From assembly GCA_035221665.1 (NCBI GenBank), contig CM069155.1:29574001-29638000 (forward strand): DNA of 64,000 nt, in the 5' to 3' direction. This DNA comes from Okamejei kenojei. Lineage: Eukaryota. Both the position numbers and the translations under genes were made by a program. Numbering within the stretch: position 1 is the stretch's first letter; every line of letters begins with the position of its first letter. The notes beneath the pieces were generated by a model. The model was not told the DNA's origin and searched no databases. It was given only the letters and a program-made list of their open reading frames with translations. This document shows, piece after piece, positions 26,869 to 39,630 of this stretch.

Positions 26869-28868
26869 TCATACATTTGGACGCAATAAAAATAACAACA
26901 AAAGGTCGAAAGACAGACGAGCTGCTGGCGAGGCTGCCACTCACGGCGCCACCCGATGATGCATACATGCATTTGGATGGTCATTGGCTGATTTTGGATA
27001 GTTAACATGGGAGGGCGGGGGAGGCCGTGTCTCACGAATCTGATTGAGATTTTGAAGATGTGACCAAAAAGGTCTATGAAGGCAGATCTGTAGAATTGTA
27101 TACGTGAATTTGATAAGGCATTTGATAAGGGTCCCATGCAAGTCTGCTCTGGAACGTTAGATCCAGTGGGTTTCAAGGAGAGGTAACGGAATTGATAGAA
27201 CGTTGGCTTCATGGTAGGAAGCAGAGGGTGATGGTGGAAGACTCGTTTTCCGGCTGGAGGCCTCTGACAAGTGGTGTGCCTCGGGGTTCGGCGCTGGGCC
27301 CAATGTTGTTTGTAATCTCTGACAATGATTTGGATGTGAAGGTACATGGCAAAGTCAGCAAGTTTGCAGGTGACACAAAAGCGGTTGTATTGTAGATTGT
27401 AAAGATGTTTTTCAAAAATTGCAGCAGGATCTTGATCTTGTTCGGTTGCCTACGTTGGCCTTCATCAGTCAGAGTATTGAGTATAGACTTTGGGATGTCA
27501 TGTTGCAGTTGCATAAGACATTGGCATGGCTGCAGTTAGAATATTATGTTCAATTTATGGCACCTTGTCGCAAGAACAATGTTGTCAAGGTGGAAAGGGT
27601 GCAGAGAAGATTTATGAAGATGGGGACGCGAGGTCCCGAGCTATGGGGACAGGTTGAACAGGCTATGACTCAATTCCTTAGAGAGCAGGAGGCATTACCC
27701 CGGTTCACCCTCCTACTGGTCTTTGCCCTTCGCTTCCGGGGTCTCCTTTTCACTCCCGGTTACGCCGTCTGCCGAGCCTTCGAGCGGTTTTTCGATGCCC
27801 GTCGATCATCGAGCCTTCGGGCGAGGTCCCGCCGACCGCGAGATTTCGGGCGGACGCTGCCGAGCCTCTGGGTCGGTGCTCGAACCCGCCGGAGACCCCA
27901 TCGGGCTAGTCAGGTTTATCGGTCGGGTCCTCCGACCTCGGTCCACTGCCAGCGAGACGGGCCTACTAACCGCTGCTTGCGGTTCAGCAAGGATATGGAC
28001 ACCAAATCACCATCCCTGCCATCCCTTACTCACACACAGCTCCCAACAATGTTGAGTAGCTGATCACAACGTGAAATTTTAAGTGTTAGCCTATGAACCA
28101 ATGCTTGCATACCTTCACTTCTGGTACCTTAGGTTTGGGCGGTCTCACGTACACCGCATTGGCAAAATTGAGCGTTGGTTCGCCAGGTTACCTTAATGAG
28201 CGACATGTTCGAGAATCTGTCGACTGCTGTTATTGGTAAGCATAAGTTGTTTTTGATGCTATGTTCGAGGTATTGACCTTCGAACATCAGTTTCCATAGC
28301 CTGCGTGAGGCTCCACAAAAAGCATCACTGGAGGGTTTAGTCATCAAAGCCTGCCTTGCTTGTGAGGACAAATGGAAGGTGATCGCCAATCTTCAAAGTG
28401 AGCTGTGTTCTTGAAATTTGATCTTTGAGCAGACGTGCAGGGGAAGTGGTATTCTTCAGTAGGGGCAGTTTTGTGAAGCACGATTGGTCGCTGCAATGTA
28501 ACGTCCCTTCTTGGAGGGTAGCTACAATGTTCAGAAGAAAAGCTCACGACGATATGGAGCCCTGCCTCTCCAATTACCCTTGCAATTGAATTATATACCG
28601 CCATTGCTTTCACCTCTTATCGTCTTCTTACCGTTCAGGGTTCGGAAGACTCTTCCAGTGTTGTGTTCACAGTACACATTGCTTTACATACGAAGAAACA
28701 AACATGCATTGCTTTATGAAGCACCCGTACTCAGTCCGTAAATTGAATCCGGAGCTTCAATTTCGGCCTTTCTGTGTGGCTTCTTATGATATTTTTGATA
28801 AGAGGATCAGTGGAGATAAACAAGTTCATGATTAGAACGAGTGTCAATGGTTTTGGGGAGAAGGCAGG

Positions 28869-31800
28869 AAAATAGTAAGATTAAATGAGAACTTACCAGT
28901 TTGAAGTTTGATCTTTATTTTATGAGGAGTTACGATGAGGGATTACGTGAAGACCCCGCCAGGACGAATGCGCGACATTCTTCAAAGCAGTGGTGTGAAA
29001 TCACAGATACCAGAGTAGACTAATATAGTAAGATAAGATAGAACTTCCATACCAGTTGAACTTTATAATAGAGGGTTTTCGGAGCGGAGGGCACGTAATC
29101 CCTCATCGTAATTCCTCATAAAATAAAGATCAAACTTCAAACTGGTAAGTTCTCATTTAATCTTACTATTTTACTTCGGAGTCACGTGAGTGACTACGTG
29201 AAGATTTCAAAGCTCTGTGATTTCATGCCCTGGAACGAGACCATGCTCACACACTGCCATTCTGGGACGGAGGATGAACGTATTTCACACACGACACTGT
29301 GCTGAAAAACAATAAAGGTATTATTCATACCTAAAATAATATGCCCCACATTGGGTAATTTATTTTACAGAACTTAATTTTTCCCTGCAAACGTCTCAGG
29401 ATCGGCCACGGGTTTATTATAAAGCATTGAATGCGTTCATTGCTCCACCCCGCTGTGGCAAGGATGTGGTCCATAGGAACTTCCCATCATCCTAGTGTCC
29501 GATGTAGATGCAGCCCTGTTGGAGTGAGATTTGAAACATTAGTATTCACCACTGCACGTAATACCACCCGAACCATCTGGATATGGTTTGCACTGTGACC
29601 TTAGGTGAGGGCATGTATGGCTAATGAGAAAGCTCTCTCCGTGCCCATAAGTGTCTTGGTGACTATGTATTGGAAAATATGTGTCACTATGCAGGGCCGA
29701 CTATCTGCAGGATAGGCCAGAACTCTAATATTGGCCAAAGGAACCGGGTCAGTCTTGTTTAAGTACCCCTGTATGTAGCAGGTTATCTGCCATTTGTGAC
29801 AGACATGATGTCCTATTCTAGCTTGTGTAAGGACTGGACCCGTTGTGCTGATCCAAGTGCCATAATTATTCCCATCTAGGATATTAGTTTGTCCAGAGTG
29901 AGCCCCGATATTGGTGTCCATCCTCGTAACATGATGTACTACCTATGTCCCATATATAGGTGTATCTGGGCCTGGGGGGAATAGAGTACAAATACCCCTC
30001 ATTCGTTTAGGTACTATTGGGTGTGATCCTATAGCCAGGTGATCACTCCCTCTGCCCAGATATTAGATAGGGCACTCCTTGCACAATAATGGCACTGTAA
30101 CTCAATCCTTCATCGAAATGAAGGGTGGCCAGAACTCCAGCACTTCAGTGTTGGTGGCTGAGTCATATGTAGTGTTCGTCCTGGTGCTGAACACTTCCCA
30201 TTTCCTGACATAAGTCAGGTACTGTCTTCTCGTGGACTCCCTGCACGACGCTGAGATGGCATTGATCGTCCTGTCGGAGAGTCCGTATCCCAGAAATGGC
30301 CTGTTCAGAAACTGCAAATCAACAAGTTCATACAGTCATGGCACGGATACTTTCCCGCACGGGGTGTGCCAACCTCCTTGGCCGTTGTTGATCCAGATGC
30401 AGGGTTCTGAGACCATCTTTGTACTGTTGGGAACCATGGTACCCGTTGCGGCGTCTTGTTTAATTATTGTAAGACTCGCCTGATGAGGCAGAAGGGGAAA
30501 ATGCATAGCAAAACAAATCCCCCCCTCCCAATGCAGCGAGAAATCGTCCATCGCTGCTGCCCCTGGGTCTGGTTCCCAAGCAACATATGTTGGTAGTTGG
30601 TGAATTAGTCTGGATGGAAAAAAGGTCGATATCTGGTGTCCCATACCGGTCTATAATATCTGTAAACACTTTCCGATCCAACATCCATTTAATGTTGTCG
30701 TTGAATTTACGTGACCTGGTGTCTGCCACTGTATTTAGCTTACCTGGGAAGGTAAGTGGTTGAGATCCAAATCTCTCTCCCAGACACCAGTGCCAGATAT
30801 TATTAGGCAATTCATCACATGATATCGACTTTATTTCACCCATATGATTATATATAGGCCCCCACTGTGGTATCAATTTGTACCGTACATGCAACTGGTG
30901 CTCATCTGAGCAGTAGGCCCCGAGTCCATGAAACGCTCCCAGCATTTCTAGATAATTAATTGCTAGTGCTTTTAAACAGAATAATTTTTGTGCACTCATC
31001 TGCCACCACATCTTGCGGTGGTATTAGTTGCTCCCCAATCTTTAGCACTGGCATCAGTCTGTAATGTACCCTAGGGATATAGAATGGGGTGATGGGGTTA
31101 GGATAATATTGAACATTTCTATCCGCCAGTTTAATTCTGATTTACTTTCCCTGGTAATTGCATAGGCCTATTGAAATGGCCTGCATGATTTTTGAGAGCT
31201 AAAATTTCCCTCTTCCAGGTTTTAATAATGGAGTGGTCCAATTGTGCTGCTGGGAACGCAGCCACCAATTTCCCAATCACTCTTACTCCTTGCCGAATGG
31301 ATGGTTCCCTGATGCCAGTGAGGCTTTTGCATACTCCCATCAAGTCTGTCACTTTGTTTGGTGGCAAGGTGATAGACATATGAACAGAGTCAATAGTGAA
31401 CCCCAAATAATCCATGGTAGTGGAGGGTTCCAATTTTGACTTATCTGGATGTACGTTAAATCTCTGTGTTGTGGCTGATACCACCAATGTAGCCAGCTCC
31501 AATTTTCACCTATAATGAGAATATCATCAAGGTAAGCCATGACGATATGGTTATGTTTCTTTAAGTATGCTAAAGCTGGTTTTTAATGAATTTGTAATAG
31601 CCTGGGTGCTGATGACAACCCATTGGATAAGGCAAACTGCCATAGCTGTCCCATCCAGATAAATTTCAGGTATTTACGATGACCCTGTGTGTGACAAACG
31701 TGTCTATTTTGAAATGGGCATACTGAACGGAAGTATTTAGTTCGGTCAAATCTGTAATGATACGGCAACCACCATCTTTTTAGTTTTTATAAATATATTT

Positions 31801-32568
31801 GATACGAACTCTTGAAATTCTCTGATTGTTTTCTCAATCCCTTTTGTGTTTAGTCTTAACAGTTCAGCATGGCCTGCTGTTCTCTCTTTTTGTGAAGTAT
31901 GAACTTCCTGCTAGGCGTATGCTGAACTGGGACGGTAGTTCGTATACAAATTCAATTTTGTAATTCTGAATACTTCCGAGTATGTAAAAGTTCAGAGGTA
32001 AAGGTGCAGCACACCTTGGCAGTCTGCCAAAGGATGCTGCCGTGGGTCTGCGAGGAGACCCACTGTGACTCTGCCCCTGCATAAGCAGGTCACGCTGGAG
32101 CACTGCTCCCCATCCGCTCCCGCGGGAAAGACGCCCGCCGTCGCTATCCGTGAACGGGGTGTCTTCAGGTCCGGACCCAGCCGAGTCAACGGACCTGTCC
32201 GACTTCCGGGTGGTTTTGCCGCCGACCGCGGCGCACCTGCGGTCTGTAGCGGCGAGAAGCCGGGAGCTGCTGGCAGCACCTGCAGCTCTGGAGAGACGGC
32301 ACGCTGCTGGCTGCTTCCACAGCAGCGGTATCAGCTGCTGCTCTCCCTTGCGCGACTCCATGGTGCTTCCTCCGTTCTGCAAAAGAAACACACCGAGTCG
32401 CCACGCTCACCAGAAAAGGTAAGACTTACCTTCCGAAATTTTTCAAAACTCGCGCTGGAGGAGCGGCGCTCCTCCCGACTGTCGCTTCCGCAATGCGTTC
32501 GACGATAATGCGCGCATGCGTCCTGGCGGGGTCTTCACGTAGTCACTCACGTGACTCCGAAGTAAAAA
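28869..32568 (-). mobile_element. DIRS1-type retrotransposon, copy B (RT-RNaseH-methyltransferase-like-YR remnants; gag largely missing)
   Basis: ITRs at 28945-28974 and 32511-32540; terminal extension 28869-28949 mirrored at 29092-29172; 29169-29204 complementary to 32532-32567. Motifs: YLDDILI (~31540), INYLEMLGAF and NTVADTRSR (RNaseH), PDIDLF and YVAWEPDPGAAAMDDF (MT-like), STRRQYLTY and HS.RAASTS (YR). Confidence 0.92.
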
Positions 32569-33959
32569 TTAGATCAGGAGGTATAGATCAGCCATGATTG
32601 AATGCGGAGTAGACTCGTTTGGCCGAACGGCCTAATTCTAGTCCTACAACTTGTGAAATCGTGAACCTGTTATTGTAACGAGTAACAGGTATCTCGATTC
32701 AGTATCAAATTTCCTATGTTTTGGCAAATCAGTCGTTTCTTCTGCTTCTACCAGAGCTGGCCATTTCTGCCCATCATTATTTGGCTCCCTTTTCTTTATT
32801 CTATGCTTTTAGTCCGTACCGCAGAACATGTCTCTTAGCCTCTCCATTAACAAGAAAATGCATCGACAGTTAAACGGTAATGTGCTTGCAACTGTCCCGT
32901 TCACACAGTTAAAATCTATCAGAGGAACTGTGCTCTCGACATACCCACCTCCACCCCCCCCCCCCCCCCCCCCCCAACGTTTTCTGGCACTGAAAACAAA
33001 ATCGTGTTTTTCGCTATCACCGGGTGCCAGCTGAATTTGTTCTCTTTCCATGACGCTCGCAGTCCCGTTGAGAGTTTTCAGTGTTTTTTCTTAACTTCTG
33101 TTGATTGTGACTAAAGTATACATTACCTATCGTTTAAGAAAGAACTGCAGACGCTGGGTAAGTCGAAGGCAGACAAAAAGATGGAGAAAACTGCAGACGC
33201 TGGGTGAGGCACCATCTATGGAGCGAAGGAATGGGTGACGTTTCGAGATCAGTCAGAAGTGTGTTGGTTGGCTTTACGCACCGGGAAAGAGAGATTACCC
33301 CGATGCACAGCCAAAGACCGTTTGGGCATCAATTTGTAAAGAAATAGTGGATTATTCACATGGTGGAGCCAAAAAAATCCCAGAGGTTTCAGTAATCTTA
33401 GCTATTATTTGTATTCTTTTATTTCTCAGGGCAACGTAAATTTACTTTTTTTAATAGTTTTTTTAAAATAATTTAGTTGAATGTCTATGTACCTACCACC
33501 TTGGGGCTCTCAGATGGTGCAATTATTTACAATTCGCGACCTATGTATCACCCCTATCAAAACGAATTACGACAACTAGCACTACATTAAAATGTAACTG
33601 TCACCATTCTGTGCTTATGTTTTCAGAATAACGCCAGTTCTCACTGCTTATATACTTTGAAATGTCAGGACCTCTGGAAGCGGTGTAATTGTGCCCTGAA
33701 CTTCCACGTACATGAAGCAGTACTTGAAATTAAATAAAGCAATGTTCATACCGCTGAGTTGTGAGCTGCTGAAGCGAAATATGAGGTGCTATTATTCCAA
33801 TTTCAGCAGTCCAGGACAGTAAGCTCAGTGCGGAAATGGGAAGGAGTTAAAATGTTAGGTATTCATGTTATCTAGCCGACACGTCTTCCTACCCTGCCAC
33901 TTTCAAATACTCTCTCACCTACTACTAATTCCTCTGTCGCCGCTGCTTTTCTCCCAAGA

Positions 33960-34826
33960 TGAGATGTTCCAGACTAGAACATCGGAGATGTCCTAATTCT
34001 TTAGGGAACTAGAGTTCCACCCTTTTATCATAAATTAGACCATCACACGTGTCGCATCTGGATCCAGCTGTTCCGCACTTGTACCCCAGCCCTACAGTCG
34101 CGACAGGGACAGTTATCATCTTCCAAAATGTTCATCACCTCCAAAGGGATCCCATCACTAATCATATCTTCCCACCCCCCACTCCCCCAACCTGCCTGTG
34201 TTCCGCAGTGACCATTCGCTCTGAAACTCTCTGGTTCATTCATCAGTTTCCACCCAAACCACCCTCTCCCCAGGGACTTACCCTTGCTACCGCAGAAGAT
34301 GCAATCCCGTCCTTATACCTCCCACCTGGACTATATCCAGGGACCCCGACAGTCGTTTCTGGTAAGGCAGAGGTTTACTTGCACCTTCTCCACCGCAACT
34401 ATTGTTCGGTGTGGGCTCCTTAATATGTGCGACGGGAACTATGGACTTGGTGGCCATGGCCTACGGGATCTTCAGGCTGCCGAAATATTTTACCTCCCAT
34501 TGAAGAATGGTCTCGACCCGAAACGCCACCCATTCCTTCTCTCCAGAGATGCTGCCTGTCCCGCTGATTTGCCCAGCTTTCTTTTATCTATCTTCCCATA
34601 CTGACCATTCTGTCCTGTCGTCGTCAGAGTGAGGCCACGCGCAAATTGAAAGAACAGCACCTCTTATTTCGTTTGGGCAACTTTCAACTGTAGAGAAGGT
34701 ACACAGACACCTTAAGGTCTTCACTACTTTATTAATCATACATCATATAGCCCTAGCTGTACGTGGTCTGTCACGATCACCAGAGAGAGAGCTAGGGGCG
34801 TGTGGGTTACAATTATACTAACTGGT

Positions 34827-34864
<38 letters not shown>

Positions 34865-37800
34865 GGTTAGCATGGACATCGCCACTATCAATTAAAGGTG
34901 TATACACATATCATCTACATCCTTCCTCTACCAAAACAAACAGTGAGTGACAGGGCGACCACGTCTCATGCGCTAGGGTAAATGCAAACAGTAAAAGCAC
35001 GGGAATACAGAATCACACGTAATCGCCGTAACGGACCGGCGGCCTGTCCAGGCGACCAGACCGGGTCCGCACCTCGCCATCACCCCTCCTTCCCCAACGG
35101 GAACAAGCGGGGACGACGCCGGGGGCATGGTGGGGGCTACGGACAGGAGAACCCCTGGGCGACGAATGCATCGGGGGGGGACGGCGAAGAGAAGGGCGAG
35201 GAAGCCGGAGAAAGCGGGACTGCAGCCGGGAGGCGGACCAGAGGAGGACGGGGGGGGGGGGGGGGGGGGGGGGACGTGGTTGGCCCCAGAGGAATGGGCA
35301 AAGCACTGGGCCGTGACAGTGGCAGCGGGGGGGGGGGGGGGGATATACGGAGCCGCCGGGGGAGGGAGAGGCTCGTCCATGAGCTGGAGATGCTGGCGGG
35401 ACCGGTGGTACACCCCTTCCGTCATGGTTGACAAGTTACGAACGAGGGGAAAACGGCAGAACCGACGACCATGGCCAGCTTGGAACGGCCAGAAGTGGAT
35501 CTCATACGGACGACCTGGCCGGGGAGAAGAGGGCGGATGACACGGCAGGGACCAGTCATGGGAACGCTTTCTGTATACCGTGTTTTTGCGCAATACGTTT
35601 CCGGACCAAGGCAGGTTTAAAGACGGAGGGGGACAGGGACTGCTGAGACACCGGGACCATGGGCCTCGTGACTCAGGACATGAGTCGCTGAGCCAGGGAG
35701 CCCAGGGCATGGTCGCGGGAGATGTTGCGGAGGTTCAGCGGGGCCAGGTAGATGTCGGAGCGGGATAGGCGGCAACGTTTCCAACAATCCTTTGGCACTG
35801 CGGACCGCGCGCTTGGCCAGTCCGTTGCTCCGCGGGTTTATTCCGGGCTGCTGGTGTAATGACGAAAGTTCCATCGTTCGGCAAAAGTGCGGAACTCGGC
35901 ACTGGTGAACTGGCTGCCATTGTCGACTGCAGGCTGGCCGGTTGACCCACCAAAGTGGCGGCGCAACCTCTCGATGTCCGCGGAGGGAGAGAGGGAGTGG
36001 AGCTGGTCAACTTCAAACCAGCTGGAGTAAGAGTCGACAAGCACCAGGAAGTGCTTTCCATGCCACTCGAGGATGTCGATTGCTAGCGCAGACCAGGGCA
36101 GGTCAGCAGCTGGCTGCTGCAGGAGCGGCTGCCGCTGTTGCTGCGGAGCGAGGCTGTTGCAGGTAGGGCACGCGGAGACTCTAACCCGGAAGTAGCGAGG
36201 CATGTCAGGCCAGAAAAACTGGCTCTCTGAGCGATGGAAAGGGTCGCTTCGGCCCGGGATGGCCACGATGAGCAGTTTCAAAGTATTGTTCTTGTAGTGC
36301 TGCGGGCACCACCACCTTGTGCCCTTCACAATCACACCATCACGCAGCACCAACTCGTCACAAAACCAAGAAGTAAGGCACCGCTGCGGCCGGCAGGAAG
36401 AACGGCGGTCTGGCCAGCCCTGCTTGATGATCGCAGCCAGCTGCTGTAGCGAAGTGTCAGCTAGGGACCTCAACTGATGGAGGGCACGAAATTAACGTTT
36501 AGGACTATCAGATCAGATGCCTCGTATGGATGTCGGATTGTGGATGAGAGAGGCGCCCGAGACAGCGTGTCAGCAACAAACATGTCCTTGACCTTTCGAT
36601 TAACCACTGTGAAAGTGAAGCGATGTAGCTGGAGCACCATGCGCTGGAGCCGGGAGGAGGCCATGTGTATCAGCTTGTTGAGGATGGTGACCAGAGGCTG
36701 GTGGTCCGTCTCGACAGTGAAGCAGTTGCCCAGGATATAGTCCTTGAATTTGGAGCAGGCAAAGACAAACAGCCAGCAGCTCTTTTTCAATCTGGGCATA
36801 GTGTTGTTCAGCAGTCGTCATTGTGCGGGATGCGTAGAACACAGGCAGTTCCACCCCGTCATGGATCTGCAGGCAGGCGGCCCCGAGGGCCAAACTTAGA
36901 TGCATCACATGTGAGGACGATGGGGGCGCTGGAGGTCAAAAGTACTTCAGCGTTTGGCATGCTGATCAGTTTAGATTTGAGAGTGTCAAATGCTTTCTGG
37001 TGTTGCGGGTAACCAGGCCCAAGCAGTGTCCTTTTTCACCAGATCCCGCAGAGGGGCACTCAGTTCACTCAGGCCGGGGATGAACTTTCCCAGGTAGTTG
37101 ACCATGCCCAAGAAAGCGCTGTAGGCCAGGCACGTCTGCAGGTGCAGGCATCTCGAATATTGCGGCCGTCTTCTGCGGGTCGGGCTTCAGCCCCGATGCA
37201 GTGAAGACATGCCCCACGTAGGTGACCTCAGGGACCCGGAATCGGCACTTCTTCGGGTTTGAGCTTCAGGTTGACTACCCGGGCCCACTCTGCAGCACCT
37301 GGCGAAGGTGGTGGTCGTGCTCAGCGTCATTCTTCCCATAAACCAGGATGTCGTCGACAATGATGGCACAGGAAGTCCAGCAAACAGTTGGTCCATGGTC
37401 CTTTGGAGCACCTCGCTGGCAGAGTTGATCCCAAACGGCATGCGGAGGAAGCGATACCTGCCAAAGGGCATGCTGAAGGTTGTCAGGTGCGAGGATCGCT
37501 CGTCTAGAGGTATCTGCCAGAACGAACTCTTGGCATCAAGAACCGAGAACACGGTGGCAGGGCCGACATGTGCAGCAACATCCTCCATCGTCCGCATAGG
37601 GTAGTGCGGGCGCCTGATGGCCAAGTTCAAGTCCTTAGGGTTGATGCAGATCCGTATTTCGACAACCATGGTAGAAACCCACCGGGTGGAGTCTGTTACG
37701 GCTTCAGGATGCCCGTGGCCACCATCTCGCGAAGAGCAGACTCGCCTTGCCCCTCATGGCGAAAGACACACGGTGCAGGGGACGGATGACCGGCGTGATG

Positions 37801-38205
37801 TCGGAATTGATGGCAATCTTGTAGGGCAATCTTCTGTCCTGTCGTTGTCAGAGTGAGGCCACACGCAAATTGAAAGAACAGCACCTCATATTTCGCTTGG
37901 GCAACTTTCAACCCAGTGGTATAATTACTGATTTATCTAATTTCAAGCTACTCTTGCAGCCCCCCCCCCCCTCCCCATCCTTGTATCCTTCTCATTATCA
38001 TCATTTCCCCAACCAACAATGGTTTATTGTGGGCTCCACCCTTCCTGAAGTCATCTGTTGCCAGCCCTGATTTGTTCTGGCCTTGTCACTTACAGTTTCC
38101 ACCCCCACCTCCACTTTCACTCCGAAGAAGGCTTTCGACCTGAAGCGTCACCTATTATGTTTCTCCAGACTCGCTGAGTTATTCCAGCATTTTTGTGTCC
38201 ACTGT
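33960..38205 (+). mobile_element. Penelope-like element remnant (33960-34688 and 37832-38205) split by a Gypsy insertion
   Basis: QRDPITNHIFP and QGPRQSFLVRQRFTCT; C-terminus EQHLIFRLGNFQPSGIITDLSNFK; tail with gaagaagg..cgacc.gaa.cgtcacctat and gctgagtta.tccagcattt. Confidence 0.7.
34689..37831 (-). mobile_element. Gypsy (Mag-like) LTR retrotransposon, 5'-truncated: RT, RNaseH, integrase, PPT and 3' LTR (34689-34919)
   Basis: IRICINPKDLN...LDAKSSFWQIPL...MPFGINSASE (RT); YAQIEKELLA, ETDHQP, ADTLSR (RH); CPTC, LVLVDSYS, DNGSQF, SNGLA (IN). LTR TGTAG...CTACA with AATAAA; purine tract at 34920-34930 on the minus strand. Confidence 0.92.
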
Positions 38206-38659
38206 CGGTTTATAGTTCTTTAGCTAAATTCCTCCCTATCCATGTATTTATTTTTGGGATTAATGTATTGTTGGTCAGTCAATGCATCGATCGCCCATCC
38301 CTATCTGCCATTGAGAAGCTGGTGATAAACAACCTTGATGCTGTCTGACCTGCTGAGTTACTTCGGCTTTTTGTGTCTATTTTCAGCAACTATAATCTTG
38401 TGATGCCATTCATGTTATAAATCCACAGGTTGGATCAAGGAAGAGTGAAAGATGATATAGTTCCAAGCCTTGATGTGCTTGGAAGTTTCATTGCAGACAA
38501 CTGTATTATTATGTGGAAATAAACACAAAATGCTGAAGTAAATCAACGGGCAGGCAGAATCTCTGGACACACAGGATAGGTGGCAGCTTCTGCACCAAGC
38601 ACCCAATCCAAACCAGCACCTGCTGTTCCTGGACTCTGTGGAAGGACTTGGATATTTTG

Positions 38660-39630
38660 GGGGATTGAGCTGAGTAGTGGGAGATGGAATACAGCACCGC
38701 ATCGTGTGGAGTCATGCATTGATAGCAGGAATAAAGGCATAAACTATTTTCTAAATGGGGAAATAATTGACAAATCGGAGGTACAGAGGGACTTGGGAGT
38801 GCTGTTGCAGGATTACTAAAAAGTTAATTTGCAAGTTGAATCAGTAGGAAGGAATGTGAACGCAATGCTAGGATTTATTTCGAGAGGGCTAGAATACAAA
38901 ACATGAATGTAATGCTGAGGCCTTCTGAGGAACTGCTCAGATTGAATTTGATTATTAGGCTCAGTTTTAGGCGCCATATCTGGGGAAATATGTGTTGGCT
39001 TTGGAGAGGGTCCGGAGGAGGTTTACGAGAATGATCTTAAGATTAATTGGGTTAATATGTGATGAGCGCATGAAGGCACAGGCCTTGTGTTCCCAGGAGT
39101 TTAGAAGAATGAAGGTGGACCTGATTGAAACTTACCGAATAGTGATAGGCTTGTGTAGAGTAACAGACAAACCCCAACATCAGGAAAAATCGATCTCTAG
39201 TCTGTCCAATCCCTTCAGAATTTTATATGTTTCTATAAGATCCCCTCTCATCCTAATATTAGTGAATACAAGCCCTATGTCAAATGCTTTTTGAAAGTCC
39301 AGATACAACACATGAACTGGCTCTTCCTTTTCCATTCTACTTGTTACATCCTCAAAGGTTTCCAGAAGATTAGTCAAGCATGATTTTCCCTTCATAAATC
39401 CATGCTGACTTTGTCCGATCCCTTCATTGCTTTCCAAATACGCTGCAATTACATCTTTAATAATTTAATAATTTTAAAGTTGAGATTGACATATTCTTGA
39501 TTGGCACAGGGGGTACGGAGATAAGACACGAGAATGGGGTTGAGGGGTTAAGATGGATCAGCCATGATTGAATAGTGGAGTAACCTTGATGGTCCGAATG
39601 GTCTAATTCTGCTCCTGGAACAATGAATTT
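38660..39630. mobile_element. Old CR1 fragment (+) containing an inverted, deleted CR1 piece (39165-39465, -); paralogous to 53260-55370
   Basis: EVQRDLGVL and LALERVRRRFTRMI on +; QHGFMKGKSCLTNLL and LDFQKAFD on -. Confidence 0.75.

Larger units (their letters stand above)
21208..26955 (-). mobile_element. LINE-tailed non-coding repeat (21208-21645 and 26869-26955) hosting DIRS copy A
   Basis: Begins gttcaagttcacatttattgtcaca, the reverse of an AATAAA plus (TTGAAC)-type tail; the sequence appears to continue across the DIRS insertion. Confidence 0.5.
20990..27690 (+). mobile_element. CR1 fragment (20990-21207 and 26960-27690) interrupted by nested insertions
   Basis: VVGKLLESI..DR stops at 21207 and resumes with catttggat...catgg at 26960; WLHGRKQRVMVE, SGVPRGSALGP and KFAGDT follow. 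Confidence 0.7.

Noticed and set aside
27419-28800. 214-aa ORF and adjacent short ORFs
   Set aside because: The N-half is decayed CR1 and the rest is GC-rich unassigned repeat-like sequence with no recognisable domain.
31864-32508. Multiple overlapping GC-rich ORFs
   Set aside because: They lie inside DIRS-B (5' ORF1 remnant); stop-poor because of composition.
34973-35710. Long Pro/Gly-rich ORFs and poly-G tracts (also 34826-34863, poly-C 32954-32975)
   Set aside because: GC-rich Gypsy 3' region with homopolymers of unreliable length; not host genes.
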